Assembly: GCA_050950765.1 (NCBI GenBank)
Contig: JBMNIF010000002.1
Location: 1-64,000 of the forward strand
Direction of reading: 5' to 3'
Length of the DNA stretch: 64,000 bases
DNA from: Bdellovibrionota bacterium
Lineage (GTDB): Bacteria > Bdellovibrionota_C > UBA2361 > JAAYZI01
Shown: piece by piece, positions 32,850 to 42,748 of the stretch
How positions within the stretch are numbered: the stretch's first letter is position 1
How the letters are laid out: every line of letters starts with the position of its first letter
Position numbers and translations under genes: made by a program
The notes under the pieces: generated by a model
What the model was told of the DNA's origin: nothing
What the model saw: the letters and a program-made list of their open reading frames with translations, nothing else
The model's database searches: none

Positions 32850-33863
32850 TTAAAGGATCTTATTTAACTCCTCAATCACCTTAAAAGCATCTGCTACATA
32901 TAAGACATCTGTTTTCCCATGTGCCCAGCTGCAACTTTCGTTTGTGTTAATTGCACGTCTTTCATTGATAAATCTCCACCCTACCACGTGTGGCTCTTCA
33001 CCATGACAACAGGTAGCTAAGCCTTTTTGATGATGCGGAGTTGATCCGGTCTGACCGATCTGATTTAAGTGACTAAGGAACGGTAAAACTGCTGCTCCTT
33101 CTTCACTCTGATCAACTAGAGATTTACTACTACCGAGAGAGGCTTTTGTTTTGTCTAAAAAGTCAAGAATAAACTCGCTTGCTTTTTTAGTATCATTAGC
33201 AGGATCGTTCTGTTTCTTCGTCCAACCTGCACCTGCTACAAAAAGTAACTTAGCTTCAGGACGAATCGTTCTGGCATCACCGCTCGGATCTTCAACTCCG
33301 ATAACTTTTGTCTTTAAGTCGTTAATTGTCACGGTAAGCTTTTGCACGACTGCTTGCCCTGATTCTCCACTCCATTCTGTATCACAACCAGAATCTATCA
33401 ATAAGCACCAAGGCTTGGAGCTCCTTGAAAGAGTTCCTTTGATACGTTGACGATAATACCAACGCTCTATCTCTAAAGAACCATCTTTTACATTTAATGC
33501 CGTTACCTGAGAGTCTACACTCCCCCCCACTCTAAAAGCTGCACCTGGCAGAGCGCGTTTAAAACGGATGCTAGCAGGAGCAAATACAAGGTCGGCAGCA
33601 GACTCTTTAATAAGTGCTGTTATAGCAGGAACATCAGTAGCATAACGAGAAGAATTAAAATCTTCTCCTTCAACTGCTAAAAACTTAGTGGATCCACAAG
33701 TGGCAAGGGTATCTGCCGCTTTTTGGAGATCTCCGCCGATTAGCCCGACTGTAAAGTCGGTAGCTAAAGCTTCTGCTATACGTTTAGTGCTAGTAAGTGT
33801 TTGTAAAGCGAGCTCTGATAATGAACCATCCTGTTCTGGATGGGCTAAAAATAAAATCGTCAT
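32850..33863 (-). CDS. etfA: Electron transfer flavoprotein alpha subunit (divergent)
   Basis: QIGQTG motif and ETF-alpha layout; adjacent to the beta subunit. Confidence 0.8.
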   Translation of the reverse strand: MTILFLAHPEQDGSLSELALQTLTSTKRIAEALATDFTVGLIGGDLQKAADTLATCGSTKFLAVEGEDFNSSRYATDVPAITALIKESAADLVFAPASIRFKRALPGAAFRVGGSVDSQVTALNVKDGSLEIERWYYRQRIKGTLSRSSKPWCLLIDSGCDTEWSGESGQAVVQKLTVTINDLKTKVIGVEDPSGDARTIRPEAKLLFVAGAGWTKKQNDPANDTKKASEFILDFLDKTKASLGSSKSLVDQSEEGAAVLPFLSHLNQIGQTGSTPHHQKGLATCCHGEEPHVVGWRFINERRAINTNESCSWAHGKTDVLYVADAFKVIEELNKIL

Positions 33864-33932
33864 CTTTAATTTTCCTTAATCTGTGAAACTATCATAAAAA
33901 AACAGGGTGTATTCTAAATTATTAAAATACAC

Positions 33933-34739
33933 CTACGCTTTAATCCAAGCTGCAAGCTCTTCAGCGATCTGGGCAGGAGTGGCATCTTTGACAATCCTAG
34001 TTTGACGCTTCTGATTCGGAATCTCAACAGCACCATATTTTAAATCGCTTCCAGAAAGGGTGATCTGTTTCGCTTTCTGTAAGGCAGGCATAATTCCACG
34101 CATATTCATCATCCCCACCTGCGGATTGTTGGATGGCTCCGGCAAATTACCCGTTGCCCACGCTAAGACTGCAGGCGCTTTTTTACATTCAGAGACCTGA
34201 TACCTTCCGCCTTCAATACGTTCTTTCACTTGAAAGGAGCCATCCTCACGATACTTAATCTCATCAACACCGAGGAAGAGATCTTCAATCCCCAATTTTT
34301 CTCCAACAAGAGCCAACGTTGTTCCGGCATCACGAGCAGCAGATGCCATGCCACCAAAAAGGAGCATATTATCCTTATCAAGTGCAGGGATCTCTGCTAT
34401 GGCTTCAGCTAAAGCAGCTGCCACCTCTGCAGAATCTGTAAATCCACCCGCAGGCGCATCAATTACTACTAATTCGAAAGAAACTTTCTGCGCGATGGTC
34501 ATCATCAGTTGTTGTAACTTTGCTTTAGGTCCTAAGCTAACTAGATAAACCTTAGATCTTGTGATCTGCTTTGCTAAATTAGCAGCTTCATATAAAGAAT
34601 GCCCTGCCCACGGATCAAGCACGACTGGCAACATCGATTCATTTTTTAAAGTTGGCTTGTCACCTGCAAGTGGTTCAAGCGTCTGTAACGGATCCGGCAC
34701 AACACTGCCGCATACCACGATTGAAAGTCCCGAACTCAT
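33933..34739 (-). CDS. etfB: Electron transfer flavoprotein beta subunit (divergent)
   Basis: IVVCGSVVPD N-terminus and LLFGGMASAARDAG. Confidence 0.8.
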   Translation of the reverse strand: MSSGLSIVVCGSVVPDPLQTLEPLAGDKPTLKNESMLPVVLDPWAGHSLYEAANLAKQITRSKVYLVSLGPKAKLQQLMMTIAQKVSFELVVIDAPAGGFTDSAEVAAALAEAIAEIPALDKDNMLLFGGMASAARDAGTTLALVGEKLGIEDLFLGVDEIKYREDGSFQVKERIEGGRYQVSECKKAPAVLAWATGNLPEPSNNPQVGMMNMRGIMPALQKAKQITLSGSDLKYGAVEIPNQKRQTRIVKDATPAQIAEELAAWIKA

Positions 34740-34967
34740 TTAACTTTTCTCCTAAATAATCTTCTGTTTCAATACATCTTTCTTATTTTTATATATTCCT
34801 ATCTATAAGCGGAATAGCGGAATAATAATCGCTAAAAAAATATACGGTCAAGCTTGTAAAGAAAGACCTTTCTAAAAGCCTTTAAAAAATTAAAATATTG
34901 TAAAAAATCGCAAAACTTATCCCATTCTCTTCTCCTCAAGAGATCTTAAAAAATATCTTCCGTATAC

Positions 34968-34996
34968 TTGCAATTTAACTATCTTTTATATACATT
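34968..34996 (+). promoter_or_regulatory. Sigma70-type promoter of tRNA-Lys
   Basis: TTGCAA-N17-TACATT ending 12 bp before the tRNA. Confidence 0.55.
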
Positions 34997-35008
34997 TTCC
35001 AGCATTGT

Positions 35009-35084
35009 GCGCCGGTAGCTCAGTTGGTAGAGCAGAAGACTCTTAATCTTCGGGTCGTGGGTTCGAGCCCCTCCCGGCGTACCA
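35009..35084 (+). tRNA. tRNA-Lys(CTT)
   Basis: GCGCCGG/CCGGCGT acceptor stem, GAAGA-CTCTTAA-TCTTC anticodon arm, TTCGA T-loop and encoded CCA. Confidence 0.95.
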
Positions 35085-35191
35085 CTTCAAGCCCTTCTCT
35101 ATGTATTTTTACTTTATTTCGCGCTCTCGTTATTTCCATCAAATTATCAATATAGTGCTATTTCTCAATCTTGTGGTAGATAATTAAAATT

Positions 35192-37600
35192 ATGCAAAAG
35201 AGGAAACGATTTTCAGGTTCGACACTGAATAAGACAAAACAACCACTTCGTAAAAAAAAAGGGCGTAAAAAGAAGATCAATAAACGACGCCTTTTTATTT
35301 TAGTCTGTGTAGTCTTTTTACTTCTCTCTATCTGCGGACTATTTTTATCGTACCTGTACGTAGACAATATGGTCTATCGGCATTTGCAAAATAAGTTACA
35401 AAAACAGGAGGGGATGGCTTTTTCAGCGCCGTTTACGTTACAAAGCGGAATGCGTATCTCTGCGGATGTTCTCACACAAACGTTAAGAACTAGGGGATAT
35501 ATTAACGGCACTGGTTCAGTTATTAATCAGGGAGAGTTTAAGGTACAAGGAAGTGTCTTTAAGATCTATGCCAGAGGGTTTACTGATGCTGAAAATCTCT
35601 ATCATTCCCCACAAATTTACACTTATGATACAGCCACAACAAAGCTATTAACGATCGATCAGAACGAAGAAGAACTTCTACTTGAACCTATTCCGATCTC
35701 ATCTCTCGCCTCAGGGGAGCACCGTGCTAGCTCTTATCTTGCACTGGAAGAAATCCCAAAAAATGTACAACAAGCTGTTATTACCATAGAGGATGAACGC
35801 TTTTTTAACCATTCTGGGATAGATCTGATCGGTATTTTGCGTGCTGTGTTTGCAAATATTAAAGCCGGTTCTATCGTACAGGGTGGAAGCACACTAACTC
35901 AGCAACTAGCAAAGAACACCCTTTTTACACCACGCAAAACGTTGGGACGCAAAATCCTTGAAGCTTTAGCCGCCATTAGTCTTGAAAAGCGTCTTTCTAA
36001 AAATGAGATCTTGGAACGGTATCTGAATGAAGTTTATCTCGGGCAAGAAGGCTCGGTAGCGATTCATGGAGTAGCAGAAGCGGCGGAGACGTTTTTTGAT
36101 AAAAAAATAGCAACTATCAATACCTCAGAAGCTGCTCTTTTAGCAGGGATTATCAAGGCACCATCATATTATTCTCCAAAGCGACACCTAAAACGTGCTC
36201 TTAATAGACGTGAGATTGTTTTAAAAAAGATGATAGAGAATGGGGCTATCTCCGTAGAAGAGGGAGCTGCTGCGCTTCAGTATATACCGAAAATTAAGGA
36301 GGGATATACACACACTCCGTTAGCACCTTATTTTCATGTAGCGCTATTAAAAGATCTTGAAGAGAAGATTAATTTAGATGTTACGGCATTAAGTGGTATG
36401 CGAATCTACACAGGACTAAGTCCAGAACTGCAAAAGTGTGCAACAGCTGCTATTGCAGAAGAGTTACCGGCCATAGAAGAACGGTATCCAGCTTTAAAAC
36501 GTAAGAAATCACCTCTAGCGGCAGCACTCGTTGCCATAGAACCACACAGCGGATTGATTAAAGCATGGGTTGGCGGCAGGAATTATGCCACGAATCAATT
36601 CGATCACGTCTCTCAAGGTTTTAGGCAGATCGGATCTACGGTAAAACCTTTTTTATATCTTACAGCTTTAGACGGCGGTTTAAACACTTATAAAGTTGCC
36701 ACTGCTGATAGTATTCTGCCTGATAAACCGACAATTTTTACATTACCGAATAATAAAACTTGGACTCCTCTTAATTATGATAAGAAGTATCACGGTGATG
36801 TTACGTTACGTTATGCTTTGGAAAAGTCTTTAAATATTCCTGCGGCGTATATTGGCGGTAAGGTCGGTGTTAAAGCTTTAGCGCATACCCTCTCTATTTT
36901 TCATATAGCAGAAGATATTCCAGAGGTACCGGCAATCACATTAGGTGCTATTGATACCAGCCTATTAAAACTTACCGCTGCCTATGGTGCCTTAGCTAAT
37001 AGCGGCATCTATGTTACTCCGCGACTTTTTTCAAGTGTGATAGATCGCACTGCCACTACTATTGCGAAGACCCCTTTTCAAGAGGAACGACTTTCTGATG
37101 AAGGTGCAGTCTATGTTTTAACTAATATCTTACAAGGTGTAGTAGATCGTGGTACTGGAGCTGCTATTAGAAGACTTGGATATAAAAGAGCGGCGGCTGG
37201 AAAAACCGGCACTTCAGATAATGCACGAGATGCGTGGTTTGTTGGGTATACTCCGAACCTTGTTGCGGGTGTCTGGCTTGGTTTTGATGACAATAAGAAG
37301 ATAGGTGTAACTGGTGGCGGAGTGGCTGCACCGATCTGGGCTAATTTTATGAAGTGTTCTGAGCCGTTTTTGCAAGATTCTCAATTTATTCCACCTGATA
37401 ATGTTGTTTTTGTTAGGATCGATTCTCTAACGCACAGGCGTGCTGATCGTTATACACCGCCGGATCGCGTAATTAGAGAGGTTTATGTTAAAGGAACTGA
37501 GCCGCCCGAATATTTTAATGATTCTCAATCGGATGAATACGATCTTCCGACTCCACGACGACCTAAACGCAGAAGCTTTTGGGACCTCTTCGACTGGTAG
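35192..37600 (+). CDS. mrcB: Class A penicillin-binding protein (PBP1B-like)
   Basis: GT51 motifs EDERF and GGSTLTQQ; transpeptidase motifs STVK, SLN and KTG; UB2H-like segment. Confidence 0.88.
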   Translation: MQKRKRFSGSTLNKTKQPLRKKKGRKKKINKRRLFILVCVVFLLLSICGLFLSYLYVDNMVYRHLQNKLQKQEGMAFSAPFTLQSGMRISADVLTQTLRTRGYINGTGSVINQGEFKVQGSVFKIYARGFTDAENLYHSPQIYTYDTATTKLLTIDQNEEELLLEPIPISSLASGEHRASSYLALEEIPKNVQQAVITIEDERFFNHSGIDLIGILRAVFANIKAGSIVQGGSTLTQQLAKNTLFTPRKTLGRKILEALAAISLEKRLSKNEILERYLNEVYLGQEGSVAIHGVAEAAETFFDKKIATINTSEAALLAGIIKAPSYYSPKRHLKRALNRREIVLKKMIENGAISVEEGAAALQYIPKIKEGYTHTPLAPYFHVALLKDLEEKINLDVTALSGMRIYTGLSPELQKCATAAIAEELPAIEERYPALKRKKSPLAAALVAIEPHSGLIKAWVGGRNYATNQFDHVSQGFRQIGSTVKPFLYLTALDGGLNTYKVATADSILPDKPTIFTLPNNKTWTPLNYDKKYHGDVTLRYALEKSLNIPAAYIGGKVGVKALAHTLSIFHIAEDIPEVPAITLGAIDTSLLKLTAAYGALANSGIYVTPRLFSSVIDRTATTIAKTPFQEERLSDEGAVYVLTNILQGVVDRGTGAAIRRLGYKRAAAGKTGTSDNARDAWFVGYTPNLVAGVWLGFDDNKKIGVTGGGVAAPIWANFMKCSEPFLQDSQFIPPDNVVFVRIDSLTHRRADRYTPPDRVIREVYVKGTEPPEYFNDSQSDEYDLPTPRRPKRRSFWDLFDW

Positions 37601-37604
37601 AGGT

Positions 37605-37812
37605 TAAAAATTTGGTGCCACCCTTCAGGGACAGCAGGACGGGCTGATACTACAAAGCGAAGTCAGCTAGATCTTTACGAGGGTTAAAAATTTGGTGCCA
37701 CCCACTAGGGACAGCAGGACGGGCTGCAATGCAGAGAGGAAAATTTGGTGCCACCCACCAGTGCTAAAAGACTCTAAAACTACGATAGATAATAATATCA
37801 AGATGTTAGCAA
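37605..37812. repeat. Motif array, left part (interrupted by the IS)
   Basis: TGGTGCCACCC at 37613, 37693 and 37746. Confidence 0.9.
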
Positions 37813-37904
37813 CCTAAATTCCGCAATTTTTATCTTTTCTCCATTCCAGAAATAAGCCACCGTATTTTTTATTGATATTTTAGTTAGTTATATATTTTTC
37901 TATA

Positions 37905-37932
37905 TTGACATTTCCTGTTTGTATGGTATGAT
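37905..37932 (+). promoter_or_regulatory. Transposase sigma70 promoter
   Basis: TTGACA-N16-TATGAT with an extended TG. Confidence 0.65.
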
Positions 37933-37960
37933 TGCCCTATACATATTAGGGAGGTTTTTT

Positions 37961-39574
37961 ATGAAAAAAATAACTAAAAAAGTTGACTTACCAGATAGGC
38001 AAATTGCTCGTAAGAAAAACAAAAATGGGACTACTTATATCTATTACAGGATGAACTTTCGTCGTGAAAACGGAGAGCCTACGTTTGATGAAATAGGTAT
38101 AGGGAAGCTAGATGAAAGCGGTAAGAAATTAATTCCTAATAGAAATTACTATGATTTGTTTCCAGATGATTCTAATAGATATGTTATTAGCAATAAATCT
38201 TTTGGTCTTACTTATGTTTTAAATAAGATTGTAAAAGATTTAAGGTTAGACAAGACATTGCTTTCAATTTTTGGAAATGACACATACGAGATTTTAACTT
38301 TAGCGTTTTATATTCTAGCAAATGGAAATGTAGTATCACATGCTTCAAGTTGGATAGATGATAGTGTCTTACCATATGAAATTTCTGAATTAACAAGTCA
38401 AAAAATAAGTCGTCTTTTTGAACGTATTGACTACGAGAAAAGACTTAATTTTTTTAAGAAATGGACGAAGCGATATTTAGCTCAAGAATGTTGGTATTAT
38501 GACGTAACTTCCATATCTTCTTATAGTAAAAAAATAAGCATATTGGAGTTTGGCTATAATAGGGATATGGATAAATTGCCGCAAATAAATATAGGTATGT
38601 GCTACGGCTCTACAACGAAGCTTCCTTTATTCTATCAAGTTTATAATGGCAGCATTACAGATAAGACATATTTTAGTTTTCTTTTAAGAGACTTTCCATT
38701 TATTAGTCTTAATAATCGTATTAACCTTGTTACGGATCAAGGTTTTGTGACGCAAGATAATTTAGCGGAAGTAGCAAATGAAGAAGGGCAAAAGTTTGGA
38801 CTACTTTGTCCTTTGCCACTATATTGGAATGACGCTAAAAGAATATTAGAAAATCACACTGCACTTATTAAGCAAGATGCTAATTATATAAAAGGAACCT
38901 CTACTTTTGGTTGTTCTGTAATAGATACTGTTATGGGACAACCTGTAAAGATTTATGTTTATTACAATATGGGAAAGGCGCCATATGAGATAGTTCAATT
39001 TTACGAGAAAATTTCTAGAATGGAAGAAGAGTTAGAAGAACTGAAAAAATTAAAATACTCTTTGCTGGATCGTAAAAAATATAGGAAATATTTTGATATT
39101 AAAATAAATGAAGATGGTTTCACTTATGAAAAAAAATCAGAAGCTATAGATGAATACTTGAGAAATTGTGGCTTCTTAATTTTGATTGGTATTGGTTGTG
39201 ATTCAAATCCGAGTGAAGCACTTTTTCGTTATCGTCAAAAAGATGTAATTGAAAAACAATTTTTCCAGCTAAAAAATGAAATTGATTTTAGAAGACTTAA
39301 AACACATAATCTTCAAACCACAGAAGGAAAACTTTTTGTTGGATTTTTAGCTCTTATACTTAGAAGTTATATTCTTAATTTACTTAAAAATGATACAAGG
39401 CAAAAAAAGTTTAATATACCTGATGTCATTAAAGAGCTTCAAAAAATTAAAGTTATAGAAACTAAAAATGGCAGTAAATTAATGGTTCCGTTAACAAAAA
39501 AACAAAAGGATATTTTGAAAATTTTCAATATTGAAGAAGATGACTTTCTAAAAAGTATTTTTAAGAAAAAGTAA
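37961..39574 (+). CDS. IS1634-family DDE transposase
   Basis: YYDVTSISSY, GYNRD...LPQIN, VTDQGF and YRQKDVIEKQFFQLK; GGAGG RBS before ATG 37961. Confidence 0.92.
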   Translation: MKKITKKVDLPDRQIARKKNKNGTTYIYYRMNFRRENGEPTFDEIGIGKLDESGKKLIPNRNYYDLFPDDSNRYVISNKSFGLTYVLNKIVKDLRLDKTLLSIFGNDTYEILTLAFYILANGNVVSHASSWIDDSVLPYEISELTSQKISRLFERIDYEKRLNFFKKWTKRYLAQECWYYDVTSISSYSKKISILEFGYNRDMDKLPQINIGMCYGSTTKLPLFYQVYNGSITDKTYFSFLLRDFPFISLNNRINLVTDQGFVTQDNLAEVANEEGQKFGLLCPLPLYWNDAKRILENHTALIKQDANYIKGTSTFGCSVIDTVMGQPVKIYVYYNMGKAPYEIVQFYEKISRMEEELEELKKLKYSLLDRKKYRKYFDIKINEDGFTYEKKSEAIDEYLRNCGFLILIGIGCDSNPSEALFRYRQKDVIEKQFFQLKNEIDFRRLKTHNLQTTEGKLFVGFLALILRSYILNLLKNDTRQKKFNIPDVIKELQKIKVIETKNGSKLMVPLTKKQKDILKIFNIEEDDFLKSIFKKK

Positions 39575-39640
39575 GATTATACCGCTCGAAAGCTACCTTT
39601 AAAAACACGTTTGTATGGTATAATTTCGCGGGAATTCAGG

Positions 39641-40112
39641 TTAGCAAAAGCTTCGGGCTTGGCGAATTTGGTGCCACCCACCAGTAAGACGGGATCTGGC
39701 AGATTTGGCAGGGCTTGGATCTGGTGCCACCCACTAGAGACAGCAGAGCGGGCGCAACTTGCAGATCAAATCGGTTAGATCTCTACGGAATTTACTACCA
39801 CTCGCTAGGGACAATTGAGCGGGCTGATACGGCAAAATAAATCAGCTAGATCTATACGGAGGAGGTTAAATTTTGGTGCCACCCACCAGTGCTAAAAGAC
39901 TCTAAAATTACGATAGCTAATAATATCAAGATGTTAGCAAAAGCTTCGGGCTTGGCGAATTTGGTGCCACCCACTAGGGACAGCAGGACGGGCTGCAATG
40001 CAGAGAGGGATCAGCTAGATCTCTACGAGGGTTAAAAATTTGGTGCCACCCACTAGAGACAATTGAGCGGGCTGATACGGCAAAATAAATCAGCTAGATC
40101 TATACGGAGGAA
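39641..40112. repeat. Motif array, right part
   Basis: TGGTGCCACCC at 39669, 39722, 39874, 39962 and 40041, with 88- and 79-bp modules. Confidence 0.9.
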
Positions 40113-40115
40113 AAA

Positions 40116-40910
40116 CTAGCAGTTTTTACATGGGATTACTTCATCAGCTGCTTTTGTTAGCACCTCGCAACCTGTTTCAGTCACTAGGATTGTATGCTCC
40201 CACTGCGCAGACAAGCTGCCATCTGCTGTGCGAACAGTCCAACCATCCAACTCCGATAAGACCGTTTCGTGTGTACCGCCGTTTATCATCGGTTCAATGG
40301 TAAACGTCATCCCTGGTCGCATCACCTCTCCCGTGCTGAACTTTCCAACGTGAAGAACTTGTGGCGGCTCGTGAAAATTTCTTCCAAGCCCGTGCCCAGT
40401 ATAATCTCTGACAATTCCGTAATGCGTTCCCGTTTTTTTAATAAACGCTTGAATAGCAGCGCCAATATCACCGATGCGTTTACCCGGTACAACTTCGGCA
40501 ATTCCTGCATACATAGCATCTTTAGCTGTTTTTACCAGTTTAATAGCCTCTTCTGAGCAGTTACCTACAAAATACATCCTGCTGGAATCTGAATGGAAGC
40601 CGTTTTTTATAGATGTTACATCAATATTTACGATATCCCCCTCTTTTAATACAAGATATTGACTGGGAATACCGTGACACACCACATCATTAATTGAGAT
40701 ACAAACAGACTTCGGGAAACCCTTATAATTAAGGGGTGCTGGGATAGCACCTGCTTCAATAGTTAATTTATGAACGAAGCGGTTAATCTCTTCCGTTGAA
40801 ACCCCTGGTTTAACTAAATCTCCAACAACATCAAGGACATGAGTAGTCACTTTGGAAGCAGCACGCATTGCTACAATCTCTTCGGCTGTTTTTATCGGAA
40901 CTCTTGCCAT
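40116..40910 (-). CDS. map: Methionine aminopeptidase type I
   Basis: VVCHGIP, NIDVT, GHGLG...HEPP, TIEPM and SAQWEHT. Confidence 0.97.
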   Translation of the reverse strand: MARVPIKTAEEIVAMRAASKVTTHVLDVVGDLVKPGVSTEEINRFVHKLTIEAGAIPAPLNYKGFPKSVCISINDVVCHGIPSQYLVLKEGDIVNIDVTSIKNGFHSDSSRMYFVGNCSEEAIKLVKTAKDAMYAGIAEVVPGKRIGDIGAAIQAFIKKTGTHYGIVRDYTGHGLGRNFHEPPQVLHVGKFSTGEVMRPGMTFTIEPMINGGTHETVLSELDGWTVRTADGSLSAQWEHTILVTETGCEVLTKAADEVIPCKNC

Positions 40911-41162
40911 AATACAAATCCTCCTTCGTAACGATACACCTCCAAGAGTGTAACTGCAAACACTCCTCAAAGAAATCTGGTTCCCCCACCAGATTGAGAG
41001 CTCCCCTCTGCAGTTTATTCCTTATTATCTTTATCCTACAAAAATGCTCTTAATCAGATAATCCTTCAAAAAGAAGAGATAAAAGCATATAGTTTGTAAA
41101 AATTTTCGTTTTTTTGATGGAATGACGGTATATAAACTGTGGGAGCACTCGCTGGAGGTCAT

Positions 41163-42716
41163 ATGAAACTAACGATTGGCACACGTCGTAGTGACTTAGC
41201 AAGCATTCAAGGTCGCCTTGTTGGAGATGCCTTATTAAATAGTTATAAAACTAAAAAAGATGCAGATACTTCAGGACTCTTTCAATTAGAAGGTTCTCAA
41301 TCGCAACTTGAAATAAATTACCTCCAAAAAAATGCAGAGGGTGATATTGATCAAAAAACTCCTTTATCTCAACTTCCCGACAAGGGAGTTTTTACCCGCA
41401 ACCTTTCATCCCTTTTAGTAAGCGGAGAGATAGATCTGGCGGTGCACTCTTGGAAGGATTGCCCAACAGTTACTCTTCCCTCGACTCAGATTGTCGGCAC
41501 TTTAATCAGAGAAGACCCTAGGGATATGTTACTTGTGCGCAAAGATAGCTGGTCTACCATTAAAAAAAATAAAGCCATCACAGTCCTCTCTTCCTCGCCA
41601 CGACGTGAGTATAATATTACACCATTTTTAAAGTGGTCTCTCCCTACCGCTATTAATACAGTTTCATTTTTACCTGTCAGAGGAAATATTCAGACACGCT
41701 TAGCTAAGTTATTTGCTGGTGAAGGCGATGCTTTAATCGTTGCAAAAGCTGCCTTAAGTAGGATCTTACGAGCATCCTCTTTTCCAGAGGCGGCAATAAA
41801 AATTAAAGAAGCTCTAGAGAGATGTTATTGGTCAATTATTCCACTTACCTGTAATCCGACAGCAGCAGGTCAAGGAGCCTTAGCAATAGAGATCAATAGT
41901 GAAAGACAAGATTTAAAAGATCTGATTAAAACACTTTCTGACCCTCAAAGTTTAAATTGTGTCACACAAGAGCGCGCCATCCTTCAAAAATATGGTGGAG
42001 GATGTCATCAAAAAATAGGTGTAACCGTAATAAATCATCGCTTCGGTGAGATAACTTTTCTTGCAGGTGAAACAGATGCAGGTGAAAAATTAAATAACAT
42101 TACACTTAAAAGCGTTCTTCCACTTCCTCCAAAAGCAGCACCTAATCAGATCTGGCCTTCGGAAGAGCCTTTAAATATTCTCACTCCTAAACTCTTCTCT
42201 CCAGCACAACCACGAACAAGAAATATCGCCTATCTGATTTCAAAAGATCTTGCACTCCCCCAAAAATGGAAGATCTCCTTTAATACTGTCGTTTATTGTG
42301 CCGGTTTGGAAACGTGGAAAAAACTTGCTCAACGTGGAGTTTGGGTTAATGGATCTATGGAATCCCTTGGAGAAAGTTTTGATAACGGTATGTTTGATTT
42401 TATCGCTTCAGATACACACTGGATTAAGTTAGGTCATGACAAAGCAGTAATATCTGAAAAAATGCAGCTTTTCCCAACCTACACCTTAAAATTCACACGT
42501 AATCCGCCACGCCTTCTTACAAAAACACATTTTTACTGGAGGAGTGCTTCTCTCTTTAAAGCTGTCCTTTCAACCAATCCTCAAATTTTACACGCATGGC
42601 ATGCTTGTGGATTGGGGAACTCGTATGACAAAATCGCAGAATGCTTACCCGATAAAAAGAAATTGTCTGTTTGGCTAAGTTACGAAGATTGGAAAAATTA
42701 CGTTACAAATGTGTAG
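41163..42716 (+). CDS. hemC: Porphobilinogen deaminase with a ~200-aa C-terminal extension (possibly HemD-like)
   Basis: IGTRRSDLA, KGVFT, AVHSWKD, RGNIQTRL and GGGCHQ. Confidence 0.88.
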   Translation: MKLTIGTRRSDLASIQGRLVGDALLNSYKTKKDADTSGLFQLEGSQSQLEINYLQKNAEGDIDQKTPLSQLPDKGVFTRNLSSLLVSGEIDLAVHSWKDCPTVTLPSTQIVGTLIREDPRDMLLVRKDSWSTIKKNKAITVLSSSPRREYNITPFLKWSLPTAINTVSFLPVRGNIQTRLAKLFAGEGDALIVAKAALSRILRASSFPEAAIKIKEALERCYWSIIPLTCNPTAAGQGALAIEINSERQDLKDLIKTLSDPQSLNCVTQERAILQKYGGGCHQKIGVTVINHRFGEITFLAGETDAGEKLNNITLKSVLPLPPKAAPNQIWPSEEPLNILTPKLFSPAQPRTRNIAYLISKDLALPQKWKISFNTVVYCAGLETWKKLAQRGVWVNGSMESLGESFDNGMFDFIASDTHWIKLGHDKAVISEKMQLFPTYTLKFTRNPPRLLTKTHFYWRSASLFKAVLSTNPQILHAWHACGLGNSYDKIAECLPDKKKLSVWLSYEDWKNYVTNV

Positions 42717-42748
42717 AGTGTGGTATGTAGTTTAATTTATGTAGAGAG

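Larger units (their letters stand above)
37813..39640 (+). mobile_element. IS1634-family insertion sequence (1828 bp) with 7-bp target duplication TTAGCAA
   Basis: Imperfect terminal inverted repeats CCTAAATTCC and CCTGAATTCC (rc); TTAGCAA at 37806-37812 and 39641-39647; the empty-site sequence is visible at ~39920-39960. Confidence 0.9.
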
